Assembly: GCA_002104945.1 (NCBI GenBank)
Contig: MCFH01000032.1
Location: 541,915-605,914 of the forward strand
DNA: 64,000 bases
DNA from: Piromyces finnis finn
Taxonomy: Eukaryota; Fungi; Neocallimastigomycota
Direction: 5' to 3'
Below are positions 46,131 through 57,897 of the stretch, piece after piece. The first letter of the stretch is position 1. Each line of letters begins with the position of its first letter. A model generated the notes under the pieces. That model made no database searches, was not told where the DNA came from, and was given only the letters and a program-made list of their open reading frames with translations. The translations under genes were made by a program, and so were the position numbers.

Positions 46131-48927
46131 CCTCTTCAGACCAGGATGTTTGCTTTTTCAAATATTTTGTCTGTAAATATTTTTAATTTTGGTCAGTTAA
46201 AGTCTTTCGTAAGTGGATCAGCTAACATTTTTCTGTCTTGATTACAATTCTCATATTTTTTATATTGTCTTTGTTGAAATGAAATTTAATATCAATGTGT
46301 CTTAGTTTATTACTAAGTTGACCATTTTCAACTGTTGTTTTACTAGCGAGATTGTAAGGTGCATTATTATATAGAAGATATGCATATTTTATTAAGTAGT
46401 TCCAAAATTCAGTGAACATTTTACTCCATTTGAGTAATGTTTTTGCACAACTAATTAATGTATAGTTGAAGCATTCAGCTATCCCATTATTTTCAAGATT
46501 TTAAGGTGGTGAAAAAGTTTTTTACTATTCCATTACTATTGCAGAAGTTGATTACATTTTTATTGTTATATTCTGAACCTTGATCAGAACGAAATATTTT
46601 ATTTTTATGGAAAAATCTTGTATTTAGATACATATATAATTGTTCTTGGAATTTCGAACTTACTTTCAAAAAAAAATAAAGATCCGACAGCGCTTTTATA
46701 TGCGGTTTTGTCATAATTTACTTCTTCATATTTTATTGAGTAATCATCAGTACACGGAGTTTTTGATTTTCAAATATTTTTCACTTTGAATTTTTCTAAT
46801 ATATCTTTTAATGAATGAATTTGATTAATAGAATAATTAAAATTATTACGTTCAATACTTATTCCTAAAATATATTCAGCAGGACTGCATTTTGAAATTT
46901 TAAATGTTTTCTTTATTTTACTTATTATTTTATTGTTTCAAGAACATTTTTATTCATTCCTGCTATTAATAGGTTGTCTACATAAACACCTATAATGCAA
47001 ACTAATTTATCCTCCACCATTTTCTTAAAAATACACGGATCAGAAATTAATTGATTGAATTAATTATTTTAAGGAAATTACTAAATAAAAGATTCTATTG
47101 ATGACCAGATTGTTTTAGACCATAGGGAGCTCTATTGAGAAGCCAATATCCACGTTCATAGTTAACGTCTCCTGAAGGGATAGATAATATATTTCTTTGT
47201 AAAGCGGTGCATTAAGATAGGCAGTTTTAATATCAAGTTGCATAATAATCCAATTAAATTTTGCAGCAATACCTATAAAAAATCTTAAACTATCAATATT
47301 TAAAGAAGGAGAAAATGTAAGTTTAAAATCTATACCTTTTCTTTGTGTGAAAGCCCTTGCAATAAGTCGAGCTTTGTACTTATTTACATTACCATATTGA
47401 TCCTTTTTAATGGTAAAATGTTAAAGGTGTATTAATTGTAAAGTTTTGATTAGATAGTTCAATATAGTCTAATGAAATTTTATTTTTCTTGCTGTCATTA
47501 AAAAACGAAGGACTACCTGGTCTTTTAGATGGTTCATTAAAAGGTGGTTTTAATTTTTTATTAAAATTAGAAGATAAAATATTTCCATGTCGTTTAGCTG
47601 AATCATTATATGAAGGTTTTAGGTTTTTATTATTGAAAGAATTTGTATTATTTAAATTATGTTCTAAAGGATTAATATTTGAATTATTGATTACTAAATC
47701 ATTTATTTTATTAATATTATCATTCTTATCAATTAAATACGTTCTTTTAGTGGTATTATCTGAATTATAAATATTTAATATATCTGATGATTAAATATAG
47801 TCGTCATCACTAGAATCACTAAGAGATTTAAAACTTGAAGCAATTTCATTAATAATATTATCAGTATCTTTTTCTAAAAAAATATCATCTTTATTATTGA
47901 TAGGAATGGGTTATGAATATTTTTGTCTTTTGAGTCATTTGCTTTATTGTATATAATGTCAAATTTTTATTTATTATTTGAATCTTCATTTGTATTAATT
48001 ATTGAGGATTTAAATATTTAATTGTCATTATTAAAAATGTTGGTTGGAAATTTGTTTTAATTTTATACTTAAACTGATTTGTTAAATATGTGAAAAAAAT
48101 TAACAATTGTCCTAGGAATTTCGGTTTTTCCTTCTAGTAGAAAAATCAACTTTTTTAGTAAATTTATATATAAAGATTAATACATAAATTTTACCCGAAA
48201 ATGATTTTTGGATTGGATCAATTACATCTGAATGTATTACCTCTAAAATTTCGGTAACCTTTGGAGTTTCAGAATTGTGCTATTTTGCAGTCAATGCATT
48301 CAACTTCTTTAATATTATAAAATTTTAAGTACTTATTTAAATTATCATAGTAGAAGTGTCCGAACCTTTTATGCCATAATAGTCCTGAATGTTCGTCAAG
48401 CTTTAATTTATTTTCATAAAATATTGTGTCAATGTAACTATCGGACTTGTCTTTATATATAGGTATGATTTTTATCAGCTATAAATGTTCCTATATTAAT
48501 GGTTTTATTCTTTTCATTTAAGTTTTTCTTGGATTTGAGAATGTTGTTGATAAGGAATTTCTATTCTTCAAAATTATTTTTGTTAAGATGCTCTTTCAGG
48601 TTGGAGTTTTAATTCTTGGGACATGTCATAATATAAGAGGAAATTAGATTCTTAATCTTTTAATAGTTAAAATGGTTTATTATTAAAGTATAATTTAGTT
48701 TATTAATATTAATAGGTTATGGTAATTACAAAGAATTAATGAGAAATTGAATAAATTTATACTATAAAATGTTGATAGTTATAAAACTAAAAACTATTAT
48801 TCACAAATGTTCTTAGAACGTATGAATTACTAATAAACTACTAATTATTATTAATACATTAAATTATTTTAAACAGAAAATAAAATTATTTTAACATATA
48901 TTTAATTTATTCTAAAATATTCTAACA
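46131..48927 (-). pseudogene. Degenerate, rearranged Copia K1
   Basis: Remnants of gag (MSQELKLQPE), integrase, RT and RNase H with stops and frameshifts. PBS-like sequence at 48644-57. Putative 5' LTR about 48658..48927. No matching 3' LTR recognised. Confidence 0.8.
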
Positions 48928-48932
48928 ATTAT

Positions 48933-51900
48933 TATTGGTTTTTATAAAATAAAGTTTATTTATATTTATTAATAATAAGTAATTACTGATTATATATTAC
49001 AAAATTATTTGAAAATTTACTCTTATTTATACTAAAAGTGGCTTATGCCTTTAACAATGAATAATTTAATACAATGTTTAAACGAACAACTAAGTCATTC
49101 AAATAATCTAAAATATCTTTCAATTATACGTTGACACTTATTTAATCTTTAATTTAATTCATTCTTTGTATTCTAACATTCCCCTTCAGATCGGAATGTT
49201 TTGCCTGTCAAAAATTTGGTCTGTGAACATCTTCATCTTTGGTCCGTTAAAATCCTTAGTAAGAGGATCAGCCAACATTTTATCTGTTTTAATATATTTT
49301 AAAATTACCTTTTTATTTTTTATATTATCTTTGTTGAAATAGAACTTTATGTCAATGTGTCTTAATCTGTTATTTAGTTGTCCATTTTCAATAGTAGTTT
49401 TACTGGCCAAATTGTCCGTATAAATTTTTATAGGTTTGTTGTGGTTGAATAATTCCTTTAAAATATTTTTGATGTTTAGTACTTTCTTAATGCATTCAGA
49501 CATAGCAATATATTCAGCTTCAGCGGTTGATGTTGCAACCACTGATTGTTTCTTTGTTTGCCAACACTATTGTATTTTTAAATTTTAAAATTTCTTTTAA
49601 TCTTTTAATATTGCCTATGATATTTTTGATGTATTTATTTTCACCTGTTATTAAAAGATCATCAACGTATATACACCTATTAAACATACTAATCTTCCAT
49701 CCGCCATTTTCTTAAAAAACAAGAATCAGAAATTAATTGATGGAAATTGTTATTTTTAAGAAAATCCGTAAAAAGTAAATTTCATGGGCGACCAGATTGT
49801 TTTAATCCATATAACACTTTGTTAAGACGCCAATAACCACGCCCAAAATTAACATCAAGGAATGGCAATAAATATTTCTTTATCTAGAGGGGCATTTAAA
49901 TATGCAGTCTTTATATCGAGTTGCATAATATTCCATTTTAATTTTGCTGTAATGGCAATTATTAATTTAAGGCTATCAATATTTAACGTAGAGGAGAACG
50001 TTAATTCAAAATCAACACCTCTCGTTTGAGTGAACCCACGGGCTACGAGGCGAGCTTTATGTTTAATTATATTCCCATTATTATCTCGTTTCAAAGTAAA
50101 AATCCACTTTGTAGAAATGGTTGTTTTACCAGGAGGGAGCATTTTGGTGATGGTCATAATATTATTGTCATAGAGATTTTTGATTTCGGATTTAATAGCT
50201 TTTATCCATGATTTTTTATCTTTACAATTAATAGCTTGTTTATAGGTGAATGGTATTTTAGTTGGGATGTTATTATTTATTTCTATATTATTGATAGATT
50301 TTTTAAATTTCTTAATTTTTTCAGAAGAAATTGGATTTCCTGATCTTTTAGAAGGTTCATTAAAAGAATATTTTTGTTTTTTATTTATTGAAATTTTGGG
50401 TTTATTAAGTTTATGTTTTAATGGGATTGATTTCTGAATGTGGTTCTTTACATCAACACGTTTTGAAATAATATCACTATTACTTTCAGATAATTTTCTC
50501 TTTGTAGCTGAATTTAAATTTAATTGATTCATATCGATAAATGATTTAGATTGATTATCTGGATTATTACTGTTTGAATCAGTACTAGATTAAAAATCAG
50601 TGGTGAAGTCATCATAAGATTTTTGATAATAATTGATTCTTTTTTTTGCTGGGAGTAATTGCTAGTTTTCCTTTAGGCTTAGTTGAATCTGTGTTAAAAT
50701 TAAAATTTTCTTGTTTAGGTTGTTTACCATGAACAACATATGTAGGAGTAGAAGTTTCATCAGCCTGTTTATTGATTTTTAATTCTGAAGCAGGCACTTC
50801 ATCATAAATAGTATTATTTGTATCAAATTCAATTGTTTCATCTAAATTTATAATAGGATTTTCAAAAATATAATTATCATTATTAAATATATTTGTCGGT
50901 AACTTATTATTATGTTTCTTAGCTAATAGACATGAAGGCGTTTCTTCATCGAAAATTACTTCTCTGACTAGATGTACTAAAATTCTTTTTATTCATAATC
51001 ATGTAGCAATTTGATTCTATACTAAATCCTACAAATACACCTTCTTTTGAATTTGATTCAAATTTCATTATATTTTGCTCAAAATCTTTGTAGTGTGCTA
51101 CGCAACCAAATACTTTTATATATTTTAACTCAACTTTTCTTCTATAAAATATTTCATTTGGAATTTTATTATGTATGCCTTTGTGTGGAGTAATAATATA
51201 TAACATATTGGAATGCTTAACAGCGTAATCCCAGAAGTCAGTAGACATTTTGCTCCATTTAAGTAACGTTTTTTCACAGCTTACAAGTGTGTAATTAAAA
51301 CGTTCTGCAACACCGTTGTTTTGTGGATTGTGAGGGTGGTGAAAATGTTTTTACTATACTATGGCTCTTGCAGTAGTTAAGTACTTTCTTATTGTTGTAT
51401 TCAGTACCTTGATCTGATCTGAATATTTTCACATTGTTATGAAATTGATTATTCAGATAAGTTAAAAAATTTATGATTATTCTTGGTACTTCTGATTTTC
51501 TTTCTAAGAGAAATATTCAGCTTTTTCTTGAGAATTCATCAATAAAAGTTAAAATATATGTCTTTCCAGTGTATTATTTTACTATAGGACCTATCACATC
51601 AGAATGTATTACTTCTAATGGGAATTTAGCTTTGGGTGTTTTCTTGTTGTGTGTTTTTCTATTTAGCTTAGTAATTTTACACTCCAAACATTTTATGGGT
51701 TTTTCATTATGTAACCTTAAGTACTCGTTTAAATTTTCTTGAAAAAAATGACCAAGTCATCTATGCCATAACAACTTTGACTGATCATTGATATCTATAA
51801 AATCTTCATCGGAAATAGCATCAATAAATGTTTCTGATTTTATTTTATTTTCAGATATGATTCTGATTATATTATTTTTATTTGCTTTGAAAGTTCCTAT

Positions 51901-53134
51901 GTTAACAGTTCTTTTATTATTTTTTGTTACTTTTAAGGAGAGAAATACTTTATCCTTTCTAGATTTTAAACTGCATTCCATGCCATTTTTAACAAGTTTA
52001 ATACCACTTAATAGGTTTTTGTTAACGTCTTTAGAGTAAAGTACATTTTCTAATTTTATATCATACCCATTGATGCTACCTTCATAAGTTCCAAAACCAT
52101 CAAACTCACAGGTAGATCCGTTTGCACATTTTAAAATGACTTTTTCTTCTTCGAAATTGGTTAATATATCTTTATTATTCGTAATGTGCTCTGAAGCACC
52201 AGTATCAAAAGTCCATATTGTCTTATTATCTGGTGAATCTATAACTAATGATATAGTTGATTCATCCGATTTTTCTTCACCCGATTCATTTCCGTTTGGA
52301 TGGATTTTTTCTCTAAGATTTTTAGGAAAGGACAAGTATAAAACTCTGATCTTTTCCCATGTTCCAAGTTGGATATTATTTCTGTTCATCACATAAAATA
52401 TTTCATTGATCTGGTTAATAATATCCTTGCAATCAGTGAGATTCTTAGCTTTTAAAGAATATAATTTTTTCAACCAGTAGTTGGGATCAGCAATTTTCTT
52501 TTTTCTATACAGGACCTTCAATTTTTGCATAATATCGTAAGCGGTTTTAAGATATCTAAAGTAACTTAATGCCTCTTGACTAACATTGTTACTGATGATA
52601 GTTCATGCTAATGCATCTTCAGTTTCGCCTTTTCAATATCTTTTTCCAAGTCCTTAATTGTCTTGAGTGTTTTTTCAGAAGGTGATTTTTTCTTCTCTTG
52701 TTCAAGATTTTTCTTTAAATTTCCAATAACATCTTCATTTGCGTACTTCATGATTTTTGTAGCTCTCAGGATGTTATTGATAAGGAATTTCCAGTTCTCG
52801 AAGTTGTTCTTGTTAAGAATTTCTTCGGTTCTTAATTTGGTTTCAGCAGACATGTCGCAGGTAATATTAGAGCTGAGACTCTTAATCTATTGGTTTTTAT
52901 AAAATAAAGTTTATTTATATTTATTAATAATAAGTAATTATTGATTATATATTACAAAATATTTGAAAATTTACTCTTATTTATACTAAAAGTGGCTTAT
53001 GTATTTAACAATGAATAATTTAATACAATGTTTAAAAGAACAACTAAGTCATTCAAATAATCTAAAATATCTTTCAATTATATTTAATTTCGTTGACACT
53101 TATTTAATCTTTAATTCATTCTTTGTATTCTAAC

Positions 53135-53135
<1 letters not shown>
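48933..53135 (-). mobile_element. Degenerate Copia K2 with both LTRs
   Basis: LTRs 48933..49178 and 52888..53135. TSD ATTAT at 48928-32 and 53136-40. PBS at 52868-87. Frameshifted gag/PR/IN/RT/RH fragments in 49186..52853, with a deletion between RT and RNase H. Confidence 0.92.

Positions 53136-53200
<65 letters not shown>
53136..53200. repeat. (ATTT)n microsatellite
   Basis: Direct reading of the sequence. Confidence 0.9.
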
Positions 53201-53205
<5 letters not shown>

Positions 53206-53495
53206 TTGATAAAAATGAATAGATATGAGTGATAATATTTTATTTTTTTTAAAAAAGAGAATGTTTTTATACGCCTATTATTTTAAAATTTCAATTAATT
53301 ATTAATTAGTAATTTTATATTAATTTCTTTTTTTTTAAATTAAAGAAAATTAAAGAATTCATTGTAACAATTATAATAGTAAATGTAATAATAAATATAA
53401 TAACAGCAATAGCAGAAACAACAATAATAATAATACATAAATAAAAATAGTGTTTATTCTCTTTCAAGTCTTAAAAAAGAATAAATAAATAGTTA

Positions 53496-55928
53496 ATGGA
53501 AAGCGAAAAGAATTTAAACCTATCCCAATTAATTCTAAATTTGAATAAATATGATAGAAAAAAAATTGTTACCAACTGGAAAAAGTTCAAAAATATTCCT
53601 GTGGAAGAACTCTCCTTTTCCAATTTAAAAGAATTAACAATTATATATAAGCAAACCAAAAATGCAAATTTAGAAAATAATCTTGCACTATTATTAAGAA
53701 AAGCAACATCATTACAGGTACTAGAAATGAAACAAATACAATTAACAGAATTAATAAAAGAAATAAGAAATTTAATTAATTTAGTAGAATTAAATCTTTG
53801 TCAAAACCAATTATATGAATTACCAAAAGAACTATGTAAATTGATTCGTTTAACAAAACTAAATCTTGAAAAGAATAAAATATCGGAATTACCAATAGAA
53901 ATTGGAAATTTGACTAGTTTAACAGAATTAAACCTAAATAAGAATAGATTAAGTAATTTGCCTGTAGAAATAGGAAAATTGACTAATTTAAAAAAATTAA
54001 GTATTTGTTACAATTATCTAAAGGGATTGCCAAAAGAAATAAATAATTTAAAATATTTAATCGAATTAAAACTTCAAAATAATCTTTTAAATGATTTACC
54101 AAAAGATATAGGAAGTCTAATAAATTTAAAAATACTAAATCTAGCCAATAATAACTTAATTGAATTGCCAAAAGAAATAGGTAATTTAGTTCATCTAACT
54201 GAATTTTATCTTTTAAAAAATGAATTGACAGAATTACCAAAAGAAATTGGTTATTTAGTTCAATTAGTTAAATTAAATATAAAACAAAACAAACTTTTAA
54301 CACTTCCAAAAGAAATAGGTAATTTAACTCATTTAACTGAATTAATATTAGAAAAAAATCATATATCAAAATTACCAAAAGAAATTGGAAATTTACATCA
54401 ACTCATTATGTTGAGTCTTGAAAGTAATTTTTTAGAGAGCTTACCAAAAGAAATAGGACAAATAATAAATTTAAAAACTTTAGATGTTAGTAATAATGAA
54501 ATAGTAGAAATTCCGAAAGAAATAGGAAATTTAGTTCAATTAACAAAGTTATACTTACAAATGAATAAATTAACTTTATTACCAAAAGAATTAGGAAATT
54601 TAATCAATTTAACTAAAATAAATATTAATTTCAATGTGATAGAGAAAATACCAAAAGAAATAGGCCAACTAAAAAAGTTGGTTGAATTAAATTTAAATAG
54701 CAATAGGCTGATAGAGTTACCAAATGAAATTGGTAATTTGATAAATTTAAAAGTGCTTATGTGTGATTATAATCAATTAAATAGACTTCCCCTAGAAATA
54801 GGGAACTTAATCCATTTAAAAAAATTGTTCCTTTATCAAAATAGGCTATCAGAATTACCAGCTGAAATAGGAAATCTAAGTAAATTAATAGAATTAACCT
54901 TATTCATTAATTATATAAACGAACTTCCGAAGGAAATTAGATCATTGACCTCATTAACGATCTTAAATATGAGCTATATTCATTTAAAAAAATTACCTAA
55001 GGAAATAGGTTGTTTAATAAATTTAAAAGAGCTAGACATTTCTTATAATCAATTAACAGAATTACCGAATGACGTTGGTAATTTAACAAATTTAAATACA
55101 CTTCTAATAAATAACAATGGGTTAACTAAATTACCAAGTGAAATTGGTAATTTAACAAATTTAAAAAAACTTGACATCACCTATAACGAATTGATTGAAT
55201 TGCCAAGAGAGATTGGTAATATGATAAATCTAAATGAAATTTACCTTCATAATAATGCTTTATCCAAATTACCAAAAGAAATGGGAAATTTAACCAATTT
55301 AAAAAGGCTATCACTTCGAGTGAATATAAAATTAACTGAACTTCCAAAAGAAATGGGAAATTTAATGAAATTAAGATATATTTCTCTTGATGAATTATTA
55401 TCTATTCAACATTATATTCATAAGGGAGATATGACAACTGGTATGTATTATCATTTTAAATATGAAGAGGAAGAAAAAAAATTAGGAAATTATCTTTATA
55501 ATGTTGTTTGGTTAAACTTGAAAAATAAGAATTTAACGTTACTCCCGCTTGACATCATCAATTATAGATCACTACGAAGCTTGAATTTAAGTGAGAATCA
55601 ATTACTAGAAATTCCTCCAAATATTTTCATACTCCAATACTTGCAACTATTAGATTTGCGAAAAAATAAATTTTTACATGCACTTCCCAACAGTTTATGG
55701 CATATGCCAAGATTGAGATGTGTCTATTTAGATCATTCTTTATTGTTCAAATTACCAAGAGAAATTTTATTGTCTCCTTCTTTGAAAATAATACCCATCC
55801 TTGAAAAAGATAATACCTTGATACCTCTCATTTTAAATCTTGTTATTCTTTCTAAACAAAGATATCCACAAAATGATAAAAATTTTCATGAATTATTTGA
55901 ATTTTATCAAATTCATTTAATTAAGTAA
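53496..55928 (+). CDS. Intronless leucine-rich-repeat protein (810 aa; about 24 + 4 LRRs of 23 aa)
   Basis: Repeated LxxLxLxxNxLxxLPxEIGxLxx units. No catalytic domain, signal peptide or TM segment evident. Confidence 0.93.
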   Translation: MESEKNLNLSQLILNLNKYDRKKIVTNWKKFKNIPVEELSFSNLKELTIIYKQTKNANLENNLALLLRKATSLQVLEMKQIQLTELIKEIRNLINLVELNLCQNQLYELPKELCKLIRLTKLNLEKNKISELPIEIGNLTSLTELNLNKNRLSNLPVEIGKLTNLKKLSICYNYLKGLPKEINNLKYLIELKLQNNLLNDLPKDIGSLINLKILNLANNNLIELPKEIGNLVHLTEFYLLKNELTELPKEIGYLVQLVKLNIKQNKLLTLPKEIGNLTHLTELILEKNHISKLPKEIGNLHQLIMLSLESNFLESLPKEIGQIINLKTLDVSNNEIVEIPKEIGNLVQLTKLYLQMNKLTLLPKELGNLINLTKININFNVIEKIPKEIGQLKKLVELNLNSNRLIELPNEIGNLINLKVLMCDYNQLNRLPLEIGNLIHLKKLFLYQNRLSELPAEIGNLSKLIELTLFINYINELPKEIRSLTSLTILNMSYIHLKKLPKEIGCLINLKELDISYNQLTELPNDVGNLTNLNTLLINNNGLTKLPSEIGNLTNLKKLDITYNELIELPREIGNMINLNEIYLHNNALSKLPKEMGNLTNLKRLSLRVNIKLTELPKEMGNLMKLRYISLDELLSIQHYIHKGDMTTGMYYHFKYEEEEKKLGNYLYNVVWLNLKNKNLTLLPLDIINYRSLRSLNLSENQLLEIPPNIFILQYLQLLDLRKNKFLHALPNSLWHMPRLRCVYLDHSLLFKLPREILLSPSLKIIPILEKDNTLIPLILNLVILSKQRYPQNDKNFHELFEFYQIHLIK

Positions 55929-56276
55929 ATAATATAAATAATATACATAAATAAAATAATACACTTTTTATTATTATTATTATTATTATATTATTATTAT
56001 TATATTATATATCAAAAGTAACAATAAGGAAAGAAATTAAAATTATAAATTTTATTGATATAAAAATAATTTTGTTATTATTTTATTAAATAAGAAAAAG
56101 ATAAATGTAAAAAAGATATTTTTTTTTCTTCATATACAACTATTATAATTTTTACTTCTTATAAAGTAAATAATTCACTTCAATTATTATTTCTTTTAAT
56201 ACTCAAAATGTTATGATATAACTATTTAAAAATATTTTTGAAAAATAATTTTTTTTTTACCTTTCTTTGTACTATA

Positions 56277-56933
56277 TTAAATTGTAAATGCATAATATTA
56301 TAAATTGAGAATACTAATTGTTGATACTAATTATATATTCTCATGATTAATTAATTAATAATTATTACTAATCTAAGGTTTTTTTATCAAAAGGTTATTT
56401 GGTTTGATTATGATTGAGGTTATTAATCAAAATTATTTGAAAAATTATTAGTTTTTATTAGGTTTGAAATCAAGATTATTTATTATCTAACCTTATTTAA
56501 TAATAATGGAGAATTTTTAAATTAAATTATTTATAGAAAGTTGGATGACTTGAATAATGACTTTAATTATATAAATTAATATTAACAATATCTTTAAAAC
56601 TAGTGATCTAAAATAGCTGAAAATTTGTGAGGATATAGATCCCAACCCTTGCTCTCCAATAAAACCAATTTGACTGTCCCTAGAAAACGGATATAGGACG
56701 TGAGATTCAAAAGCTATCGCTAGTTTTGTATAATGCATTCTTTACTCAAAATTAATGTATTGAAAAAATTGAAAAATAAATTTTTGTAATCTTTAACCCT
56801 TTTCAATATTAAATTTTTTCAAAGTACTCTTAATTATTTTTAAAATATTTTATAATTTTTGAGATATAAAATTGATTTTTAAATTATTATTTAAATATTT
56901 AATTTATTTATTAATCGTCTTCTATTCTTGATA
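56277..56933 (-). mobile_element. Partial solo LTR of B-related family B2
   Basis: Aligns to about 58342..59055. End reads TGATA (versus TGACA) and is followed by TTAAC. Confidence 0.85.
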
Positions 56934-57589
56934 TTAACTAAGAAATATTAATTATACATTAAATAGTTATTATTTCTTACATATATTGTAATGATTATAA
57001 TAATAACTTTGGATTCTTTAGTGAACTCCAAAAGTCCTCTTATTTATAATTTTATCAAAATTTAAAATTTAATAATTAATTTCTAATTTTAACAAATATC
57101 TTTTTAGGAAAAGATTAGAGGAAAAACCTAAAAAGAAATTTGATTGATATTTTATACATATTAATTATCGTAATATTAAGTAAAACTTAATAAAGAAAAA
57201 ACCTTAATATCCGATATTTCTAATATATTAAACAAAATAAAATAAAATGTTTTAATATATGAAAATTTTGTATAATAATTTTACCAATAAATGAATGAAT
57301 GAATCACAAATCTCTAAATAAATATTATTAATTAATCTAAATGTACGTAAAACTAATATATTGAATAAATTTGCTATATTATTTAAATAAATAAATAAAT
57401 ATATTTTAAATAAACATTTTATAATGTAATTAGTGTATGAATAATTAATGTACTAAATAAACTTACTATATTATATTAATGAATAAATAAATATATACTA
57501 AATAAATTCATTAAATTTCTATTTAATGTTTAATTATATAAGAATAAATATTAATTTAATATTAATTCTTACAAATTATAATGTAAAGC

Positions 57590-57744
<155 letters not shown>

Positions 57745-57897
57745 GCATTAATATAATATTTCATATATTGTAAAAATAATGAAATATTATTTAATGAAAG
57801 CATTGTATAATATATTTATGATTTATAATCTTTTATATATATAAATATATTTCAATTTTAAATAAATGATATTTATAATATTTTTTTAAAATATCGA

